The notes under the pieces are model-generated. The model made no database searches, was not told the origin of the DNA, and worked only from the letters and a program-made list of their open reading frames with translations. From Octopus vulgaris (taxonomy: Eukaryota): 64,000 nucleotides of DNA. A program made the position numbers and the translations under genes. Numbering within the stretch: position 1 is the first letter of the stretch; each line of letters opens with the position of its first letter. The DNA lies in assembly GCA_951406725.2 (NCBI GenBank), contig OX597824.1, forward strand, positions 87,916,001 through 87,980,000, written 5' to 3'. This document shows positions 51,205-64,000 of this stretch, one piece after another.

Positions 51205-51538
51205 ATGATGGCCTCTCTACTAAAACTAAGTTTCTCTCCTATAAGAAATCAACTGTTGATTCCTAAACAACTTAAAATTGTTACCTCTTTAAATTACACA
51301 AGAAACCTACCCCTGAAACCTTTCAACAGCACCAGTCCTTTGCCGGAATTTGCTGACCATCCAACTGTTAGAAATCATGAAGATTTATACAAGTTTAGCA
51401 TTGAAAAGCCCGACTTGTTCTGGTCAAAGTTGGCCATAAGCCGCCTGTTGTGGGATAAAGAATTTGATAGAGTTCAAAAATGTGATTTTAAGACAGGAGA
51501 AATAAACTGGTTTGTTGGTGGTAAACTTAACGTCTCTG
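51205..51538 (+). CDS. ACSS1: Acetyl-CoA synthetase, mitochondrial (ACSS1-like), first coding exon
   Basis: Basic, Ser/Leu-rich N-terminus with no acidic residues (mitochondrial presequence-like), then ACS N-terminal motif LYKFSIEKPDLFWSKLA...LLWDKEF...INWFVGGKLNVS; donor G|gtaagt. Confidence 0.9.
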
Positions 51539-52307
51539 GTAAGTTTTATTTTAATTTTTTCCCCATTTATTTACTACTCCTTACTCTTTACTCTTTTACT
51601 CTTTACTCTTTACTCTTTTACTTGTTTCAGTCATGCGACTGCGGCCATGCTGGAGCACCGCCTTTAGTCGAGCAGATCGACCCCAGGACTTATTCTTTGT
51701 AAGCCTAGTACTTATTCTATCGGTCTCTTTTGCCGAACCGCTAAGTTACAGGGACGTAAACACACCAGCATCAGTTGTCAAGCGATGTTGAGGGGACAAA
51801 CACAGACACACAAACATACACACACACACACGCATATATATATATATATATATACATATATACGACGGGCTTCTTTCAGTTTCCGTCCACCAAATCCACT
51901 CCCAAGGCTTTGGTTGGCCCGAGGCTATAGCAGAAGACACTTGCCCAAGGTGCCATGCAGTGGTACTGAACCCGGAACCACCCTAGAAATCCTAGTTTTA
52001 CTTATTTTCAACTCAAAGATTTCCTTTTATTTAGTTTACACAACACAGTTTGTATATATTTTCATCTCCATAGTTTTTCACTTATATTTCATCCGATTGT
52101 TTTTCATGTATTTTCATCTTGGTTTGTTTTTTGTATTTTCATATAGTTGTTTTGTTTTACTCATGCATGCATGGGTGTGTGGTTAAGGAGCTTGCTTTGT
52201 AAACCAAGAGGTTTCAGGTTCAGTCCTACTGCCCAGCGCCTTGGACAAATGTCTTCTACTATAATCCTGGGTTGACCAATGTCTTGTGAATGAATGTGTG
52301 GATGCCA

Positions 52308-52354
<47 letters not shown>

Positions 52355-52569
52355 CAATTAAGGATAACTTCTTAATAAGGGATCTTAACAAGAAATTATC
52401 AGGTAGTTAGCGTGAAAACCTCATAAAAGAAAAGAATTCGAAAATAATTTTTTTCTTTTGAACAAATTAATTATATCTATATTGCCTCACACTATAGTGT
52501 GAGGCATTTATGTGTATTAATGCCCTCTATACAATATATAATTGTATATATATATATATATATATATAC

Positions 52570-52604
<35 letters not shown>

Positions 52605-52810
52605 TCAAAATGTGACCGCGTGTGTACCGTTGGCGATTTTTTTTTCCTCTGTCTTCCCTTCTCTGGATCTTTCCTTCTCCTATGTTTCCGACGAAGAGCT
52701 CCACTCAAAACGTTAAACCCTCCTTCTTTCCTTCTTTCCTGAGCGTCCAATAATATATTTGTTCCATGTCCTCGCGTTGTTGTGTTTTTTTTGTGCTTTC
52801 TTGTTTGGAT

Positions 52811-52874
<64 letters not shown>

Positions 52875-55258
52875 TATATACATACATACATATATACATA
52901 CATACATATATATATATGACAAATCTCTGAGCGAGGTATAAACAGTAGCTGCATGACATTGTGAGGTATATTTGCCACTTAAATGGGGCTAACCCTTAAG
53001 GGTGGATGCTACTGTAGCTTGTAACCCCAGGAGGACACTTCCTCCAGCTGGCTATTGACACACTTTCTGTGCCCTATCAGTATATATACATATACATATA
53101 TATATGGTGGATTCTCTCATCGAAGACAATGAATGAGGGTTCAGTAAATTACCTTCAACAATTCCTAAGCCTTGTGACACGGCATGTGTACTTTCAATCC
53201 AGCAGATGTCTAGCACACTTTCTCGCAAAGGGTACACCTGCATGTATTCTTTGATTAAAATATAGGTTAACATATAGATCCGCGCCCAGGTGGCAAAAAT
53301 GGAAAAAAATATGTGTAACAGGTGTAAGGCATCGTATATTGAAGGAATATGATGAAAAAAAAAGCACGCTGACAAAGGGTGTGGTGGGGAGGGGGCTCGG
53401 AAAATTTCCACAATCAACAAAATGGAAAAATGGAAAAAAATATGTGTAACAGGTGTAAGGCATCATATATTGAAGGAATTAACCATTAACCTATATATTT
53501 TAATCAAAGAAATTCCAACTCTGTCTGTTTTTTATGTTTTATTTATATTCTTTATAATATTAATGTAGAATATATAGCATAAATAGTATATATAGTAAAA
53601 TGAAATGAAGTATTGATTGTCTTATTGAATATCAAATATTAAGGGTCTAGTATACTTTCTTGCATTAAATCAGTCTTCAAGGTCCCAGGTTGTGACAAGA
53701 GTGTTTCAACTGAATCTTATGTGTGTGTGTGTGTGTGTGTGTATTTTTGCATGCTTGTTCCTAGAGATCAACAGAATAGATACCAGACTTAAATAATAAT
53801 TACTGAGGGCAGGAGTGATTTGTTTGACTAAAGCCCTTCAAAGGTGGTGCCTCAGCATGGTTGCAGTGCAGTGACTGAAACAATTAAAAGATAAAAGATA
53901 AAAGATGGAGATTTTATCTACTTTCACCCTACATATTTTTATTTACATATAATTTTCTTAAAATTTATTTTTCATTTTGTAGTTTTCCATGTAGTTTTAC
54001 AGTTTTTAAAAATTTTCATTCAACAGGCGCAATGGCCCAGTGGTTAGGGCAGCGGACTTGCGGTCGGAGGATCGCGGTTTCGATTCCCAGACCGGGCGTT
54101 GTGTGTGTTTATTGAGCGAAAACACCTAAAAGCTCCACGAGGCTCCGGCAGGGGATGGTGGTGATCCCTGCTGTACTCTTTCACCACTCTAAAGGCGGTG
54201 CTCCAGCATGGCCGCAGTCAAATGACTGAAACAAGTACAAAAAAAAACAAAAAAAAAAAACAAAAAGAACAGCTTTATTTAAATTCCATTTTATAGTTTT
54301 CTTCCATTTGTCATTTTATTGTTCCATAGTTTTATAGTTTTCATTTTCCTTCCATAACGAACAAGAATTAGATAATATTTTCAGATACAGGGTATCATAC
54401 ATGCACGGAATTACAATTTTATGCATCCAACAAAATATTATTGTTAAGCTGAAACTGTTGCTAATATAAAAAGAAATGGAACAGTGAAACTATAGATCTC
54501 TTCATTTAAATTTTTCTGGTATTTTTTCCCATCTAAATTTAATTATTCACTCAAATGTAAATTGTTGTAAAAGCAAGAAAAATTAACTTTAATTAACGAG
54601 TTATTTTTTACATCTGGCATAAGTCTAGTGTAGTCTTCTGCCTGACCAGCTCCTGTCAAACTGTCCAACCCATCTCAGCTTGGAAAGTGGACATTAAATG
54701 ATGCTGATGATGATGATATATATCCTTTAAGTTTGCTTATGTGAAATGTTTTTTTCAGTGTGCCCATAAAAAGCTCCTATGCTATTTATTCTGGCCACTG
54801 CTTATTACTCTCATCTTCCAAAGTAATTTCATGGGAAGGTTATTGGTCTGGTGCTACTATACTGTAGGATGAATATGGCAACATCAAGAAATTTGGGATG
54901 GAAATTCACAAAGCCATTAATTAATTAAGGGATTTTTGAATTTCCATCCAAAAGTTCTTGTTATAAATATTTATTATGCAAAAAGTGCCAGTGCCACCTC
55001 CGATGCCAGTGCCGCCTTGGCTGGCTTCCATGCACATAAAAAGCACCAACCGATCATGGCCATTGCCAGACTCCTCTGGCCCCTGTGCTGGTGGCACGTA
55101 AAAAGCACCCACTACACTCATGGAGTGGTTGGCGTTAGAAAGGGCATCCAGCTGTAGAAACACTGCCAGAACAGACTGGAGCCTGGTGCAGTCTTCTGGC
55201 TTCCCAGACCCCGGTCGAACAATCCAACCCATACTAGCATGGAAAACGGACGTTAAAC

Positions 55259-55291
<33 letters not shown>

Positions 55292-58070
55292 AATGTTGTC
55301 AGTCCAAAATGTTGCTTTTTCAGAAAATGAAAAAATAGTTTCACCGTTCCATTTCTTTTTATATTAGCAACAGTTTCTACTTAACAATAATATTTTGTTG
55401 GATGCATAAAATCGTAACTCCATGCATGGGTGTTATATTTTCAGTCAGAAATATTTGTGCAAAACTGTCATATGTGGAACTTACAACACTTTTGAAAAAT
55501 GCTAAACCGTTGGACGGTTTGACCAGGATATGGGAAGCCAGGAGGCTGCACCAGGCTCCAGTCTGATCTGGCAGTGTTTCTACAGCTGGATGCCCTTCCT
55601 AATGCCAACCACTCTGTGAGTGTAGTGGGTGCTTTTTACGTGCCACCGGCACAAGGGCCAGTGGAGGCTGGTAGCGGCCACGATCGGCTGCTGCTTTTTA
55701 TGTGCATGGAAGCCACTTAGACAATTTTCATCTGAAGCAGCCGGAGGAGATATGATAGTTTAACCAAAAGAACCAGCAAAGCAAAATTAAATATTGAAAA
55801 AAACACATTTGGCCAAATTTGGACATACGACAGTTTAACATAATAGCAACAATACAAACATACACACACACACAAATAAAGAAACACACATACATATCCA
55901 TACCAGCCTAAAAGAAAAATGAAATAGGGAGATATTGTTATACTTGGGGATTCTTTTATTTGTGTCAGTCATTTGACTGTGGCCATGCTGGAGCACCACC
56001 TTTAGTCAAGCAAATTGACCTTAGGACTTATTCTTTGTAAGCCTAGTACTTTTTCTAGGTCTCTTCTGCCAAACATCTAAGTTACAGGGATGTAAACACA
56101 TCAGCATATGTTGTCAAGCGATGTTGGGGGAACAAACACAGACACACACACATATATACATACATACATACATATATACATATGTATGTATGTAGGTATG
56201 TATATGTATATATATATATAAAGGGAAAGTTTACGAAAATAAACAAAAGACGAAGGCAGGTGGAGTACAAACAAACAAATGTATTAGTATAGCGCTCAGG
56301 AATAGAGTCTTTTACGTTTTGAGCCTACGCTCTTCTACAGAAAGGGACACAGAAAAAAAAACAAGGAGAGAAAAAAATGTGTGTAGTAGCTATATATATA
56401 TATATATATATATATACACAACGGGCTTCTTTCAGTTTCCCTCTACCAAATCCACTCGCAAGCTTTGGTCGGTCAGAGGCTATAGTAGAAGAACTTGCCT
56501 AAGGTGCCACACAGTGCGACTGAACCTGGAACCATGTGGTTGTTAAGGGAGCTACTTACCACACAGCCACTCCTGGCCCTATGGTCATTTTTTTCTGATT
56601 AAACATGAGCACTATAGAGAGAAAGAATGAAAAAAAGGAAAGAAAATCAGAAAGGTGGAGAGAAAGTGAAAGAGGGAGAGGGGGGAGGGAGGGAGATGAG
56701 GCAGAGGGAGGCAGGCCTTTGGGAGTTGAACAGATTGAAGGGATAGGAACATGGGTATGTGGGTATGTAGGGTAATGGGTGAGGAGATGATCTCATTCCC
56801 GTTCATGCTTGACTGCACGCTGACCTAAATCCACACACTAGAGTACACACACAGGCATACATATAAGCAAGCTGTTAATTATGCTTGTGCACATACACAC
56901 ACACACATGCACACACACACACACACACACACACATGCATATTTGCATGCTGAAAGACCACAGACAAAGAAGTTGATGGGCTGACCAGCACTGAAAGAAT
57001 GTGGGCCTAACAAGAAGCTGTTAATTATCATCGTTATGGCTATTATTTCTAATTAATATAAAGACAATTAGCTAAATATACACAATCAGCTGGATTTAGA
57101 TTCCAGTTTTTGGGGAAGATTAGTAGAAGAGAAAGGCTATCAAGGATACACATATGCATGAACACACACAAATACACACACAGACACATGTGCACATACA
57201 CATGTGGCTGCTCTCCAGCTTACCATTTCCAGTCAAACCATCCAACTCATGCCAGCATAGACAACGGATGTTAAAAGATGATGATGCTTACCAACCACAT
57301 GGTTCCGGGTTCAGTCCCACTGCGTGGCACCTTGGGCAAGTGTCTTCTACTTTAGCCTTGGGCCGACCAAAACCTTGTGAGTGGATTTCATCGACAGAAA
57401 CCCGTCGTATATATGTATATATGTGTGTGTGTGTGTGTATGTTTGTGTATCTGTGTTTGTTCCCCTAACATCGCTTGACAACTGATGCTGGTGTGTTTAC
57501 ATCCCCGTAACTTAGCGGTTCAGTAAAATAGTCCGATAGAATAAGTACTAGGCTTACAAAGAAAAAGTCCTGGGGTCGATTTGCTCGACTAGAGGCAGTG
57601 CTTCAGCATGGCCACAGTCAAATGACTGAAACAAGTAAAAGAGAGTAAAAGAGTATGATGATGAGGATCTATATATGACAGACTTCTCTCAGTTTCTGTC
57701 TATTAAATCCACTCACAAGGCTTTTGTTAGCCCGAGGCTATAGTAGAAAAAACTTGACCAAGGTGTCACACAGTGGGACTGAACCCAGAACCATGTGGTC
57801 AGGAAGCAAGCTTCTACCACACAGCCACTCTTGCACCTATCTAAACTTCTAAGCTATTCAGCCATAGAATATGACACCGGATTGGTTTATGGAATTTCAT
57901 AATCAGCGGGATTATTTGAATACCCGTGAAGATAGCTTGCTTACCAACCACATGGTTCCGTGTTCAGTCCCACTGTGTGGCACCTTGGGCAAGTGTCTTC
58001 TACTACAGCCTCGGGCCAACCAAAGCCTTGTGAGTAGATTTGGTAGACGGAAACTGAAAGAAGCCTGTCG

Positions 58071-58115
<45 letters not shown>

Positions 58116-59964
58116 TTGTGTGTCTGTGTTTGTACCCCCAACATCGCTTGACAACCGATGCTGGTGTGTTTACATCCCCGCAACTTAGCGGTTTGGTAAA
58201 AGAGACCGAAAGAATAAGTACTAGGCTTACAAAGAATAATTCCTAGGGTTGATTTGCTCGACTAAAGGCGGTACTCCAGCATGGCCACAGTCAAATGACT
58301 GAAACAAGTAAAAGAGAGAGTATCTAAAACAAATCACAACGAAAGATGGAAGATATCTCACTTCAAGTTACATTCTTTGTGAGAATCGTAATCAATCTAA
58401 CAAGTGTGTGTGAATCATTCAAGTAAACAGTATTTACACAACTTACAGCGGCGAACTGCAAAGTATTAAGTTTATTGTTAGGTGAATTGAACTGATGAGA
58501 TTTAGATATCTGGGTCAGGACATAGTACACTGATACCCTTCTAATACTAGCAACTTGTTAACTTAGCTATGACCTGGCATATTGTAAATAACCTCTGTCT
58601 ATTTTGACTTACACGGGATTATGATTTTTGTATGCAATCACAGTGTAATCTGCTATGCAAGAAGTTTCGTGCTATGTGGACAATTAAGACCTTAACCCTT
58701 TCGTATTTATTTTGAGATGCTCTGTGTTTCTTTCAATTAATTTTAAATATAACAAAGAATTTAGTAAAATAACTTAAGTTATCATTCAGCTAGTTTTAGG
58801 AACATAAATTGTGACTAAGGTTTGGTGGAAGATTTTAATTCAGAACTTTTGAAAACAAGACATTTGTACTCAGAGCCAGAGCCAGTTTCAGTCATTTGAG
58901 ATGCTCTGTGTTTCTTTCAATTAATTTTAAATATAACAAAGAATTTAGTAAAATAGCTTAATTATCATTCAGCTAGTTTTAGGAACATAAATTGTGACTA
59001 AGGTTTGGTGGAAGATTTTAATTTAGAACTTATGAAAGTAGGACATTTGTACTACAGAGCCAGAGGCGGTTTCAGCCAGGTTGGTATCAAAAGGGTTTAC
59101 CCATTAGTGTTTAAACTGGCCATATCTGGTCAAAATATTCCTGTTTTATCTTCAAACTGGTCAGATCTGGTTTTTAATAGCTACCTTATAGTGCCGTTTT
59201 AAAAATAAACAATCACATCATTGAAATTTCAAAGCTATGAAAGGATTAATTTTAAATGGTATGAATACATGAACTTTACATTTAACAGAATAAGAATAAT
59301 CTGAATGCTAAAGAGTTAAAGAACATAAAAACGAAATAAGCTTGATTAAATGGATTTTTATTGCGAATTTATAACAGATTAGGTGTTGGAGTGGCTGTGT
59401 GGTAAGTAGCTGGATTACAAACCACATGGTTCTGGGTTCAGTCCCACTGTGTGGCACCTTGAGCAAGTGTCTTCTACTATAGCCTCGGGCTGACCAAAGC
59501 CTTGTGAGTGGATTTGGTAGTCGGAAACTGAAAGAAACCCATCGTATGTGTGTATATGTTTATGTGTCTGTGTTTGTCCCCCCAACATCACTTGACAACC
59601 GATGCTGGTGTGTTTACATCCACAACACTTAGCGGTTCGGTAAAAGAGTAAAAGAGATAAGAACAATGATGAAATACTAATGATATGAGATTTTGGGGCC
59701 AGCCACATCCAACTCCAGTCATTTTTGTACCTTGCAGTTAATATGGTATAAGAGATGAGTGGGCATGGCTGTTTAGGCGTTTGGTCGATTCTGGCAACTG
59801 TATGGTTTGGTGAGGAAGGAAAACACATACATACACATATGCACGTGTGTGCACACACACATTGCATGTGCAGAAGTATATGCATACAGGTAGAGAAGAG
59901 ATGGGATGGGGGTGAGAAAGCGACATTATACATACATACTTAACTAGATGTTAATACACATAAA

Positions 59965-60290
59965 CAGAGAGAAAGAAGTGGGGGGAAGAGAGAGGGGAAG
60001 AGAGGGAGGAAAGAGAGAAAGAAGAGAGGGGGGATTAGAGGGAGGAAAGAGAGAGAGGGGAAGAGAGGGAGGGAAGAGAGGGAGGGAAGAGAGAGGAGAT
60101 GAGAGGGAGGGAAGAAAGAGAGGGGAAGAGAGAGAGAGGGGGAAGAAAGGGAAGGAGGAGAGAGGGGAAGAGAGAGAAAGAAGAGAGGGAGGGAAGAGAG
60201 GGGAAGAGAGAAAGAGGGGAAGAGAGAAAATGAAGAGAGGGAGGGAAGAGAGAGAGAAGGGAGGAATGTGAGGAGGGAGTAAATGAGAGG
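59965..60290. repeat. GA-rich low-complexity tract
   Basis: Seen directly. Confidence 0.9.
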
Positions 60291-60661
60291 AAACATTAAA
60301 ATGTCTGATGTCAAATGAATCAGGACTGAATCAATGGCACCAAACAGGCAGCACCAAAATGGTTGCGAACCAAACATTTCATACCTCAGTAAATATAAAC
60401 AAGTCTTTCTTGGAAGCTTTTCAATTATTTACACATTCAATAATGGTCCTGCTACATATTCGATAATGGCTGTGCCAGAATGAAGTTCGTTTTGTAACTC
60501 CATGGTTATGGGTGCAAGGAATTTGGAAGAAATTTCATAAGATGGTGGCGAAGGTGGAGAGACTCTTAAAATTAAAGCAGGCTCTCATCATCATCATTAT
60601 CATCATCATCATTATCCTTATCATTTAACGTACGTTTTGGCATGGGTTAGACAGTTTAACT

Positions 60662-61035
60662 GGAGGCGCAATGGCCCAGTGGTTAGGGCAGCGGACTCAC
60701 GGTCATAGGATCGCGGTTTTGATTCCCAGACCGGGCGTTGTGAGTGTTTATTGAACGAAAACACCTAAAGCTCCACGAGGCTCCGGCAGGGGATGGTGGT
60801 GATCCCTGCTGTACTCTTTCACCACAACTTTCTCTCACTCTTACTTCCTGTTTCTGTTGTACCTGAATTTCAAAGGGCCGGCCTTGTCATTCTCTGTTCA
60901 CGCTGAATATCCTCGAGAACTATGTTAAGGGTGCACGTGTCTGTGGAGTGCTCAGCCACATACACGTTAATTTCATGAGCAGGCTGTGATTTGGATCAAC
61001 CGGAACCCTCGTCGTGACCGACGGAGTGCTTCCTC
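60662..61035 (+). mobile_element. tRNA-headed SINE family C (representative)
   Basis: GGCGCAATGGCCCAGTGGTTAGG...TTTGATTCCC head, 16-bp TSD TAGACAGTTTAACTGG. Relatives at 781-1068 (13-bp TSD), 16815-17115, 44600-44910, 54024-54190, 63042-63365. Confidence 0.8.
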
Positions 61036-62053
61036 CTAGACAGTTTAACTGGGAGATGGTAAGCCAGGGAGCTGCACCTGGTTCCAGTTTGTTTTAACTT
61101 GGTTTCGAATGCTGGATGCCTTTCCCGATGCCAACCACTCCAGAGAGTGTACTGAGCGCCCTTTGTGTGTCACTGGTACAGGTGCTTTTCAAACATCATT
61201 GGCACTGGCCATGGCAACAATTTCATTTACTTTGATGTGTCTTCTCAAGCCCAGCTATTCACCAACAGTCTTGGTCACTTGTCTTCGGCCCCCTGAAACT
61301 CAACATCTGAAGATCACATTTCTCCATCTTATTTCTTCACTGCCCACAAGGGGCTAAACACAGAGGGGACAAACAAGGACAGACAAACAGATTAAGTCGA
61401 TTACATCGACCCCAGTGTGTAACTGGTACTTAATTTATCGACCCCGAAAGGATGAAAGGCAAAGTCGACCTCGGCGAAATTTGAACTCAGAACATTACGG
61501 CAGATGAAATACGGTTAAGCATTTCGCCCGGCATGCTAACGTTTCTGCCAGCTCGCCACCTTGGTAACCTTGAATCAACAAAAGCCTTATGTAAGGAATT
61601 TTGTAATATCTCATTGGAGGAACTATTTCTGTTTTCATGTGGTGGCTTTAATCCATTACTTGCTTTTAAGGACAACCATCTCTGATCACTGGGTACCTTT
61701 AGTAGAATCCATTCTGTTATAAGCATTCAAACCAGATCTCGGATCTCTGGTATGAAGATAACTTCTTTGCATCCTTGTCTAAGATGTACATGGGCGCAGC
61801 CCTTTCTTTTCAGACTAAACTATTGCAATAAAACAAAAACCGATGTTATTTCCATCATTCCTAATTCTTTATCAATCCTAGAAAATAATTTTGAGAAGAT
61901 ATTTAGAACTGCATTCTTTTACTTTCAAAATCTATGTCATAATAAAGACTGGTAACAAACTCATTTGATACTCCCTAAATTTCCTCATTTTCCTTTTTGT
62001 TCTATAATTTTCTCTCTAATTTATTTTTTGTGTTATTTTTTTGTTGTTGCTAG

Positions 62054-62150
62054 TAAACTGTGTGGATCGACATGCTAAATCAAATCCAAACAAGATTGCT
62101 CTTATTTGGGAAAAAGATGAACCAGGCCAACAGGAACGGATTACCTATCA
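62054..62150 (+). CDS. ACSS1: ACSS1-like second coding exon ([32 protein letters not shown])
   Basis: gctag| ... CA|gtaagt; in phase with the first coding exon; NCVDRH and LIWExDEPG are typical of ACSS1; gene continues beyond window. Confidence 0.9.
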
Positions 62151-62394
62151 GTAAGTTTAAACAACTGTTATTTTCATCTGTGTAAAGAAGTGCAAATCTC
62201 TAGTTTATTTCTTTCTGATACATCAAATGGGTTAGCAGTAGGTCTGTATTTGGCAGTCTTTGCCAAGTTCCTTTGCTGAGGGTGGCCCAAATTGTGTTTC
62301 TTTAGGTTGAGTAAATACTCAGGGACAGAGGTGTGCTTGGGTGATAGAATGAATATCATCAGAGTTGATTGTTTTATTATTATTTTATTTATAA

Positions 62395-62626
62395 AAATAA
62401 TAATAATGATGATGATGAGGAGGATGATGAGGATGATGGTGATGATGGTGATGATGGTGATGATGGTGATGGTGGTGATGGTGGTGATGGTGGTGATGAT
62501 GATGGTGATGATGATGGTGGTGATGGTGATGATGATGGTGATGATGATTGTGATGATGATGGTGATGATGATGGTGATGATGATGGTGATGATGATGGTG
62601 ATGATGATGATGGTGATGATGATGAT
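62395..62626. repeat. (GAT/GGT)n trinucleotide tract
   Basis: Seen directly. Confidence 0.95.
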
Positions 62627-62797
62627 ACAGGATGCTGGGTGTGTCTCGGCAGGTGATTGTAACAAACATGCAGATTAAAAGTAAATAATAATAATGATAA
62701 GGATAATAAAATTTGCTTCCATACATTCTCTTTTAACTGATTGATCGTCTAATGTACTCTTGGTCAAGTTACACTCTGAAACTTTTGTTTATCATTA

Positions 62798-62838
<41 letters not shown>

Positions 62839-63456
62839 CAATTGCAGCATGGAAGGTGTTTATAAGCCATTTAAGAAACACACAAAATCCATTAGATTCA
62901 ATTCAACATTTAAATTTAATTTGACAAATTAAATTTAAATGTAGAGATGTAATAAATTAGCTAATTGAAAATACCAGAGTGCTCAAAGGACAGAAGAGAT
63001 TTTTGCACTGGATGGATATAGGATTGGAACCCATGAATAAAGGAGCACTCCGTCAGTTGCGACGATAAGGGTCCCAGCTGATATGATCAAAGGAACAGCT
63101 TGCTCGTGAAATTAACGTGCAAGTGGCTGAACACTCCACAGACCTATGTACCCTTAACGTAGTTCTAGGGAAGATTCAGTGTGACACAGAGTGTGACAAG
63201 GTTGGCCCTTTGAAATACAGATACTACTCATTTTTGCCAGCCGAGTGGACTGGAGCAATGAGAAATAAAGTGTCTTGCTCAAACACACAACGTGCCGCCG
63301 GGAATTGAACTCACGACCTTACGATCATGAGCCGAATGCCCCTAACCACTAAGCCACGCGCCTTCAACCAATGAATAGGCAGTATTAAATATGACTACAA
63401 GATGCAGAGTTTGTGTAGGTTTGGAGTTAAGAAAGAAATCAGGTAAGTAAGAAAAA

Positions 63457-63880
63457 AGGCGGCGAGCTGGCAGAATCGTTAGCACATCAGGCGAAATGCT
63501 CAGCGGTATTTCGTCTGCCGTTACGTTCTGAGTTCAAATTCCGCCGAGGTTGACTTTGCCTTTCATCCTTTCGGGGTCGATAAAAATAAGTACCAGTTAC
63601 GCACTGGGGTCGATGTAATCGACTTAATCCGTTTGTCTGTCCTTGTTTGTCCCCTCAGTGTTTAGCCCCTTGTGGGTAGTAAAGAAATAGGTATTTCGTC
63701 TGCCGTTACGTTCTGTGTTCAAATTCCGCTGAGGTCGACTTTGCCTTCCATCCTTTTGGGGTCGATAAAAATAAGTACCAGTTATGCACTGAGGTTGATA
63801 TATTTGACTTAATCTGTTTGTCTGTCCTTGTTTGTCCTCTCTGTGTTTAGCCCCTTGTGGGTAGTAAAGAAATAGGTAAG
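63457..63880 (+). mobile_element. SINE family B (Meta-domain-like core), with tandem partial duplication
   Basis: GGCGGCGAGCTGGCAGAA head and GCCTTTCATCCTTTCGGGGTCGATAAA core. Other copies 1771-1975, 9341-9555, 25702-25934, 39494-39663, 61328-61561. Confidence 0.8.
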
Positions 63881-64000
63881 AAAGAGATCAAAGGCTTTTG
63901 AATAGTCAACATTATTTAATGCTATGAGCACACGACAAAACAGAATTATTAAAGTAGTTAAAGATGGCAAACATGTGGTCCCCAGTGTTAATCCTGTCAA

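Noticed and set aside
54024-54100. tRNA gene
   Set aside because: The tRNA-like A/B boxes run straight into SINE body sequence repeated elsewhere in the window; it is a SINE head.
62174-62726. Poly-His, poly-Asp and poly-Met ORFs
   Set aside because: They are translations of an intronic (GAT/GGT)n repeat.

Overview
This is AT-rich, repeat-dense animal genomic DNA with GT-AG introns. The SINE families suggest an octopus or other coleoid cephalopod (inference). I assembled two + strand spliced genes by hand. (1) The 3' 25 exons of TARBP1/Trm3 (SpoU tRNA Gm18 2'-O-methyltransferase), 1240-37245; they join in one phase-consistent frame of 3732 nt ending in TGA, and the 5' exons lie upstream of the window. 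(2) The first two coding exons of mitochondrial acetyl-CoA synthetase ACSS1, 51205-51538 and 62054-62150. Introns and the intergenic region hold four SINE families, RTE/CR1/Tx1-like LINE fragments, a D,D34D mariner cut off by a Penelope-like GIY-YIG 3' end, a Penelope RT fragment, piggyBac-, Merlin-, pogo- and Helitron-like non-autonomous elements, a solo LTR and long microsatellites. The most notable unexplained structure is a set of six minimal hammerhead-ribozyme-like motifs in short elements. Most listed ORFs are repeat artefacts. No CRISPR or prokaryotic system is present.
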